This document shows, in pieces, positions 1-9,443 of a DNA stretch of 64,000 nucleotides; the first letter of the stretch is position 1, and each line of letters starts with the position of its first letter. The notes below the pieces were generated by a model. That model had not been told where the DNA came from and made no database searches. It saw only the letters and a list, made by a program, of their open reading frames with translations. The position numbers and the translations under genes were made by a program. The DNA comes from an uncultured Lentisphaerales bacterium (GTDB lineage: Bacteria; Verrucomicrobiota; Lentisphaeria; JABSQK01; UBA12247): positions 95,098-159,097 of the forward strand of contig CALSSJ010000015.1 of assembly GCA_943788985.1 (NCBI GenBank). Reading direction: 5' to 3'.

Positions 1-1396
1 AGATAAAACTCCCGGCTTCTATCGGCGGCGCACACCGCGTGAGTCGCCGCTGTTTCAGTTGCTCGAACAGCATTTTGACGAGTTCGAGCGGGTGTATCCG
101 GACCGTTACCAAGAGCGCTATGGTTTCTTTCGGCCCGTAATTCGCAAGGCCGTTGATGCTTTTCTGGGTTGCGGCGACCTGCGCGAGGGGTTCGCTCGAG
201 TTCGCTGCCCCGACTGCGGACACAACCTGTTTGTCGCATTTTCCTGTAAGCAGCGCGGCATCTGCCCAAGTTGCCATCAAAAACGTATGCTGGTCACGGC
301 GATCAACATTGCCGAAAACGTGGCAGTCGCTGTTCCGCATCGCCAGTTCGTCTTTACCATGCCGAAACGGTTCCGCGCTTACTTTCGCTATGACCGGGAT
401 CTACTCAAGCATCTTCCCCGCCTTGCCTGGGAAACAGTGCGCGACGTCTACCGTGCCGTGCTCGATCGCGATGACGTTGTTCCCGGCATGGTCGGCGCCC
501 CACAGAGCTTTGGCGATCTAATAAATTGGCATCCGCATATGCACACTCTATCCACCGATGGAGCGTTTGCCAAAGACGGCACGTATCTGCCTGTGCCCGA
601 TGATCTGCCGATTGAGCCGTTCCTCAAGCTCTGGGAGCACAAGATCTTTGCATTGCTACTGGCAGAGGGCCGCATCACCGAGAAGGTCGTCGAGCAGATG
701 CGTAGCTGGAGGCACTCCGGGTTCAGCGTTGATAAGAGCGTCTACCTGCCGGCCGGTGACCAGGCTGCTATTCAGCGTTTGCTTCAGTACATGCTCAGAT
801 GCCCGTTCAGCCTGAAGCGCATGATTCAGACCACGGCGGATGGTAATGTTGCCTACCGAGCGACGCGCGAGAAGTGTATCGCCTTCCCGACCCGCAACGA
901 TACTCAGTTCCGTCGTGGTGTGTCGCGCAACTTTGAAATATTCGAGCCGCTCGACTTTATTGCTGAGGTCACGCAGCATATTCCGGAGCACGGCGCGCAG
1001 ACAGTTCGCTATTACGGCTGGTATTCAAATAAGGCTCGCGGCATGCGCGCCAAGGCCGCAGAACAGGCAAAGGCAAAGCAGTCTAATGGCCTTGAGCCCC
1101 TCACCACCGATGAGAGCGATACGCCGTATCGTAAATTATGCCGTATGCGCTGGTCGGCGCTGATTAAACGAGTTTACGAAGTAGATCCATTGTGCTGTCC
1201 CCAATGTGGCGGCGCGATGACTATCGTCGCGTTCGTTGAGCAGAAGGACCAGGCCGATGTCATTGAGCGTATTCTCAAGCACTGTCAGCTATGGAATGAT
1301 TACCCGCCCAGGGCGCCACCCAAGCCAGCCGCCGCTAGTGAATTTGAGCTGGAAGTTGAGTATGTAGACTTCGACGAGTTTCTGATGGGTTTCTAA
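1..1396 (+). CDS. IS91-family rolling-circle (Y2/HUH) transposase, 5' end outside window
   Basis: Frame open from base 2 (DKTPGFYRRRTPRESPLFQLLEQ); Zn-binding CPDC...SCKQRGICPSC; HUH motif HPHMH; YYGWYSN; C-terminal CPQCGG. Confidence 0.9.
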   Translation, partial: DKTPGFYRRRTPRESPLFQLLEQHFDEFERVYPDRYQERYGFFRPVIRKAVDAFLGCGDLREGFARVRCPDCGHNLFVAFSCKQRGICPSCHQKRMLVTAINIAENVAVAVPHRQFVFTMPKRFRAYFRYDRDLLKHLPRLAWETVRDVYRAVLDRDDVVPGMVGAPQSFGDLINWHPHMHTLSTDGAFAKDGTYLPVPDDLPIEPFLKLWEHKIFALLLAEGRITEKVVEQMRSWRHSGFSVDKSVYLPAGDQAAIQRLLQYMLRCPFSLKRMIQTTADGNVAYRATREKCIAFPTRNDTQFRRGVSRNFEIFEPLDFIAEVTQHIPEHGAQTVRYYGWYSNKARGMRAKAAEQAKAKQSNGLEPLTTDESDTPYRKLCRMRWSALIKRVYEVDPLCCPQCGGAMTIVAFVEQKDQADVIERILKHCQLWNDYPPRAPPKPAAASEFELEVEYVDFDEFLMGF

Positions 1397-1488
1397 AAGC
1401 GCCCCGTCAGGAAGACGGTATCTCAATGCTCAAATTCGCGTATTCTACCTCCAAAACACCTATCTGCGCGGAATATCGGCACGCAGCA

Positions 1489-1534
1489 GGAAGGGAGGAC
1501 GGCCGGGCCAGCTGGCCCGGCCGTCCTCCCTTCC
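1489..1534. repeat. Perfect 46-bp palindrome between transposase and oriIS
   Basis: GGAAGGGAGGACGGCCGGGCCAG|CTGGCCCGGCCGTCCTCCCTTCC: 23-nt arms are exact reverse complements. Confidence 0.95.
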
Positions 1535-1624
1535 GTTTCTTCGCCGTCTCCGCCCCGTTTCCTTGAATACCTCATCCCGTCAGCGTATCTTGGCTGTATC
1601 GGGAAAAAGCAATTTCCTATCAGT

Positions 1625-1906
1625 TCAGTCAGTCTCTCTGCGCTGCAACGCCATCGTTTGCCCCGTTCCTGGCAAGCGGAAGCGGCCAGATTCCAGGCGC
1701 TTGTACCAAAGCGCAAAGCCATCACCATCCCAGTATAGCACCTTGATCCGATTTCGCAGGCGATTACAAAACACAAACACCGAGACGGTCAAAAGCTGAT
1801 CCGGGAAGTGGGCTGCAACTACCCCTGAAAGCCCTTCAAAGCTCTTGCGCATGTCGGTGGGCCCGCGGTACAAGTAGATTCGCTGAATCCCGGCCAGGCT
1901 CAGCAT
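1625..1906 (-). pseudogene. tnpB: IS66 accessory protein TnpB, 3'-truncated
   Basis: IYLYRGPTDMRKSFEGL, VFVFCNR, IKVLYWDGDGFALWYKRLESGRF; C-terminus frameshifted and cut by the IS91 end. Confidence 0.85.
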
Positions 1907-2190
1907 TCGATCGTCTGAAGCAACTTACGCAACGTTGGCCCATCAAAGTCACATTCGACCATGATCTCAAGGTCTCCTCGCCGGATGCTCAGGCCCGCAC
2001 GCCTACCGGTGGGATGGGGCCTCACCAGCTCGACAAATCCATCGTCTGGTACTTCAAGCCGCTTTCGCCAATAGTAGAACTGCCGCTGGTGAAGGTCTTC
2101 CTTTCTGCAAAAAGCTGCGATGCTTATGCCGCTGCGTTTCTGAGTCTCCAAGATCTCTTGCCATTGCCCGCGCTTGCTTGTGGTTTCCAT
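1900..2190 (-). CDS. tnpA: IS66 accessory protein TnpA (HTH)
   Basis: SGISIAAFCRKEDL...FYYWRKRL...FVEL; overlaps tnpB start as in IS66 elements. Confidence 0.8.
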   Translation of the reverse strand: METTSKRGQWQEILETQKRSGISIAAFCRKEDLHQRQFYYWRKRLEVPDDGFVELVRPHPTGRRAGLSIRRGDLEIMVECDFDGPTLRKLLQTIEC

Positions 2191-2299
2191 CTGCGCTCTC
2201 CTGATGCCGGTTGCGAAAACCAACAGGATAAGCCCAGCTCAATCGCGCATCAAGATGTCGGCGTTGGCCGTTCACTTTGCTGCATTCTCTGGTGAGTAA

Positions 2300-2685
2300 G
2301 TATAGCAAGCGTGACGATCTGATTCGTCAGTGGCACGAGTGCCTGGCATGGCGTCCACATCGAGCATGCGACTTCCTGAAGCAACTCGGGGAGACGTCAG
2401 CGCCGCGGCACGAAGGTTTGACGCGATTGCCGATATCGCGCTTCTTCCCATCGATGAGGAGGTCCAATTGCTGGCAGAACGCCTTGTCGCCGATGGCGGA
2501 ATGCCATCGGCTGAAGGGCGGATGCACTGCACGTGGCAGTTGCGGCGATACATGCTATGAATTACCTGCTCCTCCGGAACTGTCGTCACATTGACAGTGC
2601 TGCGACGAAGCCTGTAATTTGCTCGATCGCTGGATTCGCTTGCCCCAAGATTTGCACACCAATGAAATTGTTTTCAGGAGGCTAG
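2300..2685 (+). pseudogene. PIN-domain (VapC-like) toxin remnant, frameshifted, N-terminus lost
   Basis: Joined frames read GDVSAAARRFDAIADIALLPIDEEVQLLAERLV then ADALHVAVAAIHAMNYLLLRNCRHI...CPKICTP. Confidence 0.7.
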
Positions 2686-2688
2686 AGG

Positions 2689-2874
2689 GTGTATACGGAT
2701 GAGGTTTTAGAAGACGTGTGGCGTCACCGCGATGCGTAAATGGAAGACCACAATCACTACTTCGGAGCAGTGGTGCGCGACCTAATGCGCCGCCAGAAGT
2801 GCTCGAAACGCAAGTTCTTCGACCGGCGATCGCCAACCACTGCTTGCAGCGGACCTCGTAAACTCGGCCGTTGA
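2689..2874 (+). pseudogene. Small partner ORF of the PIN toxin with an internal stop
   Basis: VYTDEVLEDVWRHRDA*MEDHNHYFGAVVRDLMRRQ; resembles short helical proteins that follow this PIN subfamily; runs into an attC-like site. Confidence 0.45.
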
Positions 2875-2888
2875 TGCGGGCGGTCTTC
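2831..2888 (+). other. Degenerate integron attC-like site
   Basis: CGCCAAC (R''-like), inner arms CAGCGG/CCGTTG, decayed R' (GGTCTTC); lies at the 3' end of an ORF. Confidence 0.45.
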
Positions 2889-3075
2889 CACGAATTCAGC
2901 GGAGTCGGATATTGCGCCAGAACTCTTGAATCCTAAAGTGCGAAGTTATCGACCCTAAGCAGACGTTGTCTGGTGTGCAAAAATATCAAATATTTAAGGC
3001 TTTAACTGATCTTTTTTCTTTTGTTTTTATTCAAAAAATATAGCTCAAAAAATAATAAAATAATCACCTTTAATT

Positions 3076-3846
3076 ATGATCAAAATAGAAATATCAGAAA
3101 TTACAAAAAAACAAAAATCACTTGAAAATCACCATGTCTTTAGCGTGGTACAGAATATTGACGACTTGAGAGTGTTTATGTCCTGGCACGTTTTCGCTGT
3201 ATGGGATTTTATGTGTCTCGTGAAACGACTGCAACGTGACCTCACATCCGTCGAGTCGTTATGGGTTCCACCTGACTCTCCCCTGGCCGCTCGGCTCATG
3301 AATGAAATAGTGCTTGGGGAGGAGAGTGATGAAGCGCCCGATGGGAGCTATATCAGCCACTTCGAGCTGTACTTGCTGGCAATGAAGGAAATTGGAGCTG
3401 ACACTAGGCTGATTGAAAATTTCATTGATTTAATTCGAAAGAATATGCCTGTCGAGGAGGCAATGAAGACGCTCTCTGTTGACACCCATATTCAGAATTT
3501 CGTTAACAACACAATTAACACTGTTGTTAATGGCAACTTATATCAAGTACTCGGTAGTTTTGTTTTTGGACGTGAGCATGTTATTCCGAACATGTTTAAA
3601 GGATTGCTTGATGCTTGGCATATTGATGAAAACGATGCCCCGATGTTTGTATATTATCTCAAACGTCATATTGAGCTTGACGGCGATGAGCATGGACCTG
3701 CCGCATTGAAAATTATCCAAATTCTCACAAAAGGAAACCAAACTTCAATAAAACAATTGACCTCTTCTGCAATTGATGCGATTAATGACCGTACTGCTCT
3801 ATGGGATGGAATGGAAAAAGCCATATCTCGCGGTAAAACTATGTAG
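3076..3846 (+). CDS. DUF3050 family heme-oxygenase-like (putative diiron) protein
   Basis: HVFAVWDFM, NEIVLGEESD, SHFELYL, YYLKRHIELDGDEHGP; AT-rich relative to the window. Confidence 0.85.
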   Translation: MIKIEISEITKKQKSLENHHVFSVVQNIDDLRVFMSWHVFAVWDFMCLVKRLQRDLTSVESLWVPPDSPLAARLMNEIVLGEESDEAPDGSYISHFELYLLAMKEIGADTRLIENFIDLIRKNMPVEEAMKTLSVDTHIQNFVNNTINTVVNGNLYQVLGSFVFGREHVIPNMFKGLLDAWHIDENDAPMFVYYLKRHIELDGDEHGPAALKIIQILTKGNQTSIKQLTSSAIDAINDRTALWDGMEKAISRGKTM

Positions 3847-4883
3847 TTAATGCCAGTCTGAACTGTAAAAAAATTTTCACCGAAATTCGATATTAAATTT
3901 ATATTCAGACAACATGATTAAGTAAGCACATTAAAAGTCATTGAAAGCATTACCAAAGAGCGACGCGGTTAAACCAAAACGTTGGCAATTTGAAAACTTA
4001 ACCGACGCTGAGGCGGGAACTTGAAGCGACACGAGTGCGCACCGAGCCGTGCGCTTCATTCAGGCTTAAATGACCTGTGATTGTTTTTTGCAACACAGCG
4101 CTGATCAAATAAATTAGAAATTATAAAAACCAAAAAGGTCGATAAATTTCAACCAAGGCGCCAGAGCATATTTGTTCATCGTGTATGAAATTTGTGGGGA
4201 AAAGTTACGTGCAAGACCAACAAACCTCTCAGTGTGAACGTTGAACTAATATCGACTGCAGAAAGCATTTTCCGATCATGAGCGCAGTCCTCCCATCTGC
4301 CTGCATGCACACCGGTGTGGGGGAAGACATGCGACCTGACTCAGAAAACGCGCAGCGCCTGCTGATGCGGCGCAACGCCGTCTGCCGATTGCGCCTATTT
4401 GTAGATGCGAGCGGCCTGCAGCGCGGCCTGCGACGTTTTAGCGCTCGCTTTGGGCAGAGAAGTTGCATCACACACCGTCTTTACTGCAATTTCAGCGGCG
4501 AGAGCCAGCTCAAGTTCATGGTATTTTGGCTTGCTTCTTGCATCTGCAGGGCTACGGAATCCCCCGTATTGCGGTGGCACTAGGAAGTGCCAACTGCATA
4601 GTTCAACCACGAAATACAACGACTGACTCCTTTCACCATTCGATCGCCTCCTGTCTGCGGAGTCATCTTTGATCTCCGCCGCGGAGGTATCGGTACAAGC
4701 ATGACGTTGCACGAGTTATTTCCTGGAAAAATGAGCTTTAGTAGCTCTTCCAAGCTTGGGGTGGCTGGCGATCTGATCGGTGTCGCGACAGATGGGGGAG
4801 TGCCGCCGCGTACCACCCATGAGCTCCTTAAACAACCCGGCAATAAGCTCTGCTTACGATTCGTCACTCAAGAGACAAGCGAA

Positions 4884-5010
4884 GCCGAATAAGGCGGTGT
4901 TGGACAACCCGCTAATCGCGCCGAATTGAAATGATTCTCGCGACTAGAACCTTTTAGCTGCAGCCCAAGGACCACCGCAGGTAGTCGGTGCCAGAACTTC
5001 GACGTCTGTT
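4884..5010 (+). other. Degenerate long attC-like site
   Basis: GCCGAAT...TTGGACAACCCGCTA pairs imperfectly with TAGTCGGTGCCAG...GACGTCTGTT; upstream ORF ends inside it; resembles attC sites I recall from Verrucomicrobia. Confidence 0.55.
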
Positions 5011-5033
5011 AAATAGATAGCAAGGCTGATACA

Positions 5034-5280
5034 ATGTCTCCATACGCCAATATTCAGATGCCCAGGGTGCTTCTACTCAGCATCGCCGTAGCTTTTGCTC
5101 TCACAGCCTTCGCAGATCAGCCACCCAATGTCGTCCTCATTCTTAGCGATGACCAGGCTTGGACGGATTATGGGTTCATGGGCCATCCCGACACCAAAAC
5201 GCCGCACCTCGACAGGCTGCCCGAACGGAGCCTCGTATTTAAGCGGGGTTACGTCGCCTCTCCGCTGTGCCGGCCAACGG
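5034..5280 (+). pseudogene. Sulfatase N-terminal fragment
   Basis: Signal peptide, PPNVVLILSDDQ, TPHLDRL, SPLCRP; similarity ends within the CxPxR motif. Confidence 0.8.
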
Positions 5281-5677
5281 CCCCAATTCTGCGATCCGCA
5301 CTCGGATCCGCCCCCACGGCTTGCCGGATTTTGTTCGAACTGTTTCATAGATCCAGTGCTACGCGTACGACAACGGCCATATTACCCAGTAATACGGTGA
5401 GGATTTGGTTGCCAAATGAATGGTTCGTGCCATATTTATTATTCGTCATCTGGCATATCTATTTTTTGCTATTTAGGCATAAGAAATGTAGATGGACGCG
5501 ACGCTTTTTAAGTTCAAGGCACGTTCTTTGCGGAAGTGATCTAACTAGAATTGACCTTTCCAGACGAGCACTCGTGGTGTGCGGCTGTAGCTTACCGAGA
5601 TGGAGAGGGAGCGTTCGCTCTCAGGCCACGGCTCAATCGTAGTAAGAGGCCGGCGGGACGCCAGCGCCGCGCTCAGG

Positions 5678-6967
5678 TTAGCGTTGGCTGAGGGCTCCTC
5701 GGAGGGCGTTGACGGTGCGGTCTACGGCACCGCGCTGAGAGCGGACGACGTCGAGGGCAGCCTGGCCCAGCCGGGCGCGTTCTGCGGAATCCGCAAGTAG
5801 GTGAGCTAGCTGCTTTTGCAGGTCCGCAGTGTCCTGGACCTGGACCGCTGCTTTGGCGTCCAGCAGGAGGTGGACGGTGGCTCGAAAATTCCCCATGTGA
5901 GGCCCGAAGAGAATTGGCTTGGCCAGCGCGGCTGGCTCGATCACGTTCTGGCCGCCCATCGCGGGGCCAAGACTCTTGCCGACGAAGACCAAATCCGCTG
6001 CCGAGAGATAGGACAGCAGCTCGCCGGTGGTGTCGCCGAGAAGTACGTCGACTGGCCCCTTGGGCAGGCCCTCGCTGAGCCGGGCGAGTTTTTCGAGCCC
6101 AAGCTCTTCGATCAATTCTGGGGTGCGCTCGGCATGGCGCGGGACGATCAGTAGGCGCAGGTCTGGATGTGAATTTCGCAACTCTTGCCAGCAATGGACC
6201 AGCGCTGCCTCCTCACCTGCATGGGTGCTGGCACCGACCAGCAGAGTAAAGGAGTCGCCGAAGGCTGACTTCAATTGCTGGCGCAGGCCAGCCTGGGCCT
6301 CACTCGGGATGAGATCGTATTTCATCGTGCCGATGACGGTCGTTTTGGCCGCAAACTCGTCGAAGCGTCGCGCGTCTTCGACTGTTTGGGCGAGGACAAC
6401 GGTGACGTGAGAAAGCAGGTAGCGCACCACGCCGCCGAGGCGGAGAAAGCCCCGCAGGGAGTTGTCAGACATCCTCGCATTTGCGATGACCACTGGGACG
6501 CGTTGCGAACTCCGCAGAATCAGCTGGGGCCAGAGCTCGACCTCCATGATGACGAGCATGCGGGGCTCGATCTGGTCTAGGGTGCGATCGATTGCACTGG
6601 GCAGGTCGAGCGGCGCGTAGATGACCTCGCAGCCGTCTGGGGCGCGCTCGCGCGCGAGTCGCTGGGCGGTATTGGTGGTGGTCGAGATGACAAAGGGCCG
6701 GCGGCGATCCACCGCTCGCCAGGCGTCGATCAAGAGCAGCGCTGCGTTCAATTCGCCGACGCTCACTGCATGGATCCAGATGGGGCGTGTCAGGTCGCGC
6801 AGCTGTGATCGCTTGTGATGCGAGAAGTAGCCGCGGCGCTCGCCGATGGTCTCAAGCTCGCCACCACGACGCTGGAGCTTCCGCCGGTAGAAGGGCCAGT
6901 AAAGGGCGTATGCGACGGGGTAGAAGCAGGAGTAGAACAGAAGGAATAGCCGTGTGCCCAGACTCAT
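5678..6967 (-). CDS. waaA: 3-deoxy-D-manno-octulosonic acid (Kdo) transferase
   Basis: IWIHAVSVGE, EVELWP, NARMS, ASTHAGEE, IVPRHAER, DTTGEL, GGQNVIEPA. Confidence 0.93.
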   Translation of the reverse strand: MSLGTRLFLLFYSCFYPVAYALYWPFYRRKLQRRGGELETIGERRGYFSHHKRSQLRDLTRPIWIHAVSVGELNAALLLIDAWRAVDRRRPFVISTTTNTAQRLARERAPDGCEVIYAPLDLPSAIDRTLDQIEPRMLVIMEVELWPQLILRSSQRVPVVIANARMSDNSLRGFLRLGGVVRYLLSHVTVVLAQTVEDARRFDEFAAKTTVIGTMKYDLIPSEAQAGLRQQLKSAFGDSFTLLVGASTHAGEEAALVHCWQELRNSHPDLRLLIVPRHAERTPELIEELGLEKLARLSEGLPKGPVDVLLGDTTGELLSYLSAADLVFVGKSLGPAMGGQNVIEPAALAKPILFGPHMGNFRATVHLLLDAKAAVQVQDTADLQKQLAHLLADSAERARLGQAALDVVRSQRGAVDRTVNALRGALSQR

Positions 6968-7084
6968 CTTAGGAGAACTCTCAGTGCGAGCGTAAAAGCG
7001 ATTCGTACTGGTAGCGCCTGCCGGGCCTTGTGCTTAGAACGCGCTCGTAAATTACACGGGGCCTGGATGCACTATTGTATCACA

Positions 7085-8113
7085 CTAGCAGATGCGGGGG
7101 AGTTGCTCGCCGCGCAGGAGGTCGAGGACGCGAGTGGCGCCTAGCTCACTGGTGAGGGTAACGATCCCGCGGGGAGACTCGTTGACGGTGCCGATCAGGC
7201 AGGCCTCACAGCCGGCGTTGCGGAGTTCGCAAATTGCGGAGTCCGCAGATTCTGGGGCGACAATGGCGAGGAAGCGGCCTTCGTTGGCGAGATAGAGCGG
7301 ATCGAGGCCGAGGAGTTCGCTGGCGCCACGGACGGCGTCGGTGACGGGGATGGCCTGGGCGTTGAGCGAGAGTGAGCAGTTTGCGGAGTTCGCAATCTCG
7401 TTTGCAGCGCTGGCGAGGCCGCCGCGGGTGAGGTCGCGCAGGCAGTGCACCTCGACGTCGGAGGCGAGCACGGCTGCGATCGGGGCTGCGAGTGAGCAGA
7501 GATCGCTTTCGATGTTGGTCTCGAAGGCGATGCCTTCACGGGAGGCCATGACGGCGGTGGCGTGGCGGCCGAGGTCGCCACTGAGGATGAGGGCGTCGCC
7601 GGGACGGACGGAGCGGGGATGAATGTCGCTGCCGTGGTTGAGGGGGCCGATGCCGCTGGTGTTGATGTAGATGCCGTCGCACTTGCCGCGTTCGACGACT
7701 TTGGTGTCGCCAGTGACGATCTGTACGTCTGCTTCGCGGGCGGCGGTGGCGATGGATTCGATGATCCTGCGCAGCTTGGCCATGGGCAGGCCTTCTTCGA
7801 GGATGAGGCCGAGGCTGATGGCTTGGGGTGTGGCACCGCGCATGGCGAGATCGTTGACGGTGCCGAATACGGCCAGTCGGCCGATGTCACCGCCGGGAAA
7901 GAATATCGGCTTGACCACGAAGCTGTCGGTGGTGAAGGCGACGGGCCCGGCGATGTCCAGTGCTGCGGAGTCCGCATCGGCCTGCAGGCCGAGCCCGACG
8001 AAGGCTTCGGCAAAGACGGACTGGATGAGTTCGGCCATGAGCCGACCGCCACCGCCGTGGGCTTGGAGGATGGTGTCGCCGTGGTGGTGCTCGATGGGGC
8101 AGCTTAGGTTCAT
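7085..8113 (-). CDS. hypE: Hydrogenase maturation protein HypE
   Basis: [34 protein letters not shown]-terminal EQLPRIC. Confidence 0.96.
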   Translation of the reverse strand: MNLSCPIEHHHGDTILQAHGGGGRLMAELIQSVFAEAFVGLGLQADADSAALDIAGPVAFTTDSFVVKPIFFPGGDIGRLAVFGTVNDLAMRGATPQAISLGLILEEGLPMAKLRRIIESIATAAREADVQIVTGDTKVVERGKCDGIYINTSGIGPLNHGSDIHPRSVRPGDALILSGDLGRHATAVMASREGIAFETNIESDLCSLAAPIAAVLASDVEVHCLRDLTRGGLASAANEIANSANCSLSLNAQAIPVTDAVRGASELLGLDPLYLANEGRFLAIVAPESADSAICELRNAGCEACLIGTVNESPRGIVTLTSELGATRVLDLLRGEQLPRIC

Positions 8114-9201
8114 AGCGCGACTCTCCGAAAGCGATAGTAGGCAGCGCAGGCGCCTTCATCGGAGACCATCGGCGCGCCCAGCGGGGAGTCGGGTGTGCAG
8201 CGGGTGCCGAAGGCGGTACAGGCGGTGGGTTTGCAGCGGCCCTGGAGGACCTCGCCGGCGATGCACTCGGCGGGTTCGGGGACGGTGCCGCCGTTGAGGC
8301 CAAAGCGTTGTTCGGCGTCAAACTGCGCGTATTCGGCGCGCAGCACGAGGCCACTCTGCGGGATCTCGCCAATGCCGCGCCAGGTCTGTGCAGCAGGCTC
8401 GAAGACGGTCTCGAGAATGGAGCGGGCGGTGGGGTTGCCGTCGTCTCGTGCGGATCTGGCGTAGCAATTGCGCACGGTGGCTTCGCCTGCTTCGAGCTGG
8501 CGCACGCACTCGAGGATGCCATCAAGAATGTCGAGCGGTTCGAAGCCGGTGACGGCAATGGGGACGTGGTAGCGAGCGGCGATGGGTAGGTACTCGGCGG
8601 AGCCGGTGATGGTGCAGACGTGCCCGGCGGCCAGGAATGCCTGGACCCGTGCTTCGTCATGACTGAGGATGGCTTCGATCGCTGGCGGGACGAGGACCTG
8701 AGAGACGAGGGCGCTATAGTTGGTCAGGTTCTGGCGGGCGGCTTGAAAGATGGCCATGGCGTTGGGCGGCGCGGTGGTTTCGAAGCCAATGGCAAAGAAC
8801 ACGATCTGGCGGTCGGGATTCTCGGCGGCGACGGTGAGCGCATCGAGCGGTGAGTAGACGATGCGCACATCAGCGCCCTGGGCGCGGACGGTGAGCAGGT
8901 CGGTCGCGGAGCCAGGGACCCGCAGCATGTCGCCGAAGGAACAGAGGATGACGTCTGGCCGCCGGGCGAGGGCGATAGCGGCGTCGATCTTGCCGAGCGG
9001 GGTGACGCAGACGGGACAGCCGGGGCCGTGTAGCAGCTCGATGCCGTCGGGCAAGAGGTCCTGAATGCCATAGCGCATGATGGCGTGGGTCTGCCCGCCG
9101 CAAATCTCCATGATGGTCCATGGCTGGGTTGCGGACGCCGCAATTTTTGCGGCGATTTTCTTGGCGGTCTCGCAATCTCGATACTCGTCCAGATACTTCA
9201 C
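8110..9201 (-). CDS. hypD: Hydrogenase maturation protein HypD
   Basis: [38 protein letters not shown]. Confidence 0.96.
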   Translation of the reverse strand: MKYLDEYRDCETAKKIAAKIAASATQPWTIMEICGGQTHAIMRYGIQDLLPDGIELLHGPGCPVCVTPLGKIDAAIALARRPDVILCSFGDMLRVPGSATDLLTVRAQGADVRIVYSPLDALTVAAENPDRQIVFFAIGFETTAPPNAMAIFQAARQNLTNYSALVSQVLVPPAIEAILSHDEARVQAFLAAGHVCTITGSAEYLPIAARYHVPIAVTGFEPLDILDGILECVRQLEAGEATVRNCYARSARDDGNPTARSILETVFEPAAQTWRGIGEIPQSGLVLRAEYAQFDAEQRFGLNGGTVPEPAECIAGEVLQGRCKPTACTAFGTRCTPDSPLGAPMVSDEGACAAYYRFRRVAL

Positions 9202-9443
9202 GGAAGCGGCTCCTGGAACTCCCCGAGCTCCTCAAAGGTGTCGAAGATGCGGGCGGCCTCGTCTTCGTCGATGGTGCTGATGGCGAAGCCGACGTGAACG
9301 AGCACGTGGTCGTCTACTTGCGCCTCGGGGGTAAATGCGAGATTGACGGTCTTGACGATCCCGCCGAAGCTGACGCGCCCGGCACGTAGCAGCGGGTCGG
9401 TCTCGGTGAGCTCAATAATTCTACCTGGGATGGCTAAACACAT
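9198..9443 (-). CDS. hypC: Hydrogenase assembly chaperone HypC
   Basis: MCLAIPG start, VLVHVGFAI. Confidence 0.95.
   Translation of the reverse strand: MCLAIPGRIIELTETDPLLRAGRVSFGGIVKTVNLAFTPEAQVDDHVLVHVGFAISTIDEDEAARIFDTFEELGEFQEPLP

Larger units (their letters stand above)
1..1622 (+). mobile_element. IS91-family element; oriIS end at about 1622 abutting a GTTC target
   Basis: AAAAAGCAATTTCCTATCA then GTTC (1623-1626) matches the IS91/IS1294 oriIS-plus-target pattern; junction falls at the truncated end of IS66 tnpB. Confidence 0.75.

Noticed and set aside
2251..2280. Left inverted repeat of the IS66 element
   Set aside because: Minus-strand GCAAAGTGAACGG only loosely fits the GTAA start, and the other end is outside the window.
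2951..2968. GACCCTAAGCAGACGTT as a mobile-element end motif
   Set aside because: Only a vague resemblance, single copy, and no partner end found.
4229..4892. Short ORFs between DUF3050 and the second attC-like site
   Set aside because: No recognisable family; probably decayed cassette sequence.
5280..5642. Remainder of the 202-aa ORF 5034..5642 as a real protein
   Set aside because: Sulfatase similarity stops at CRP; the rest is read-through into AT-rich non-coding-like DNA.
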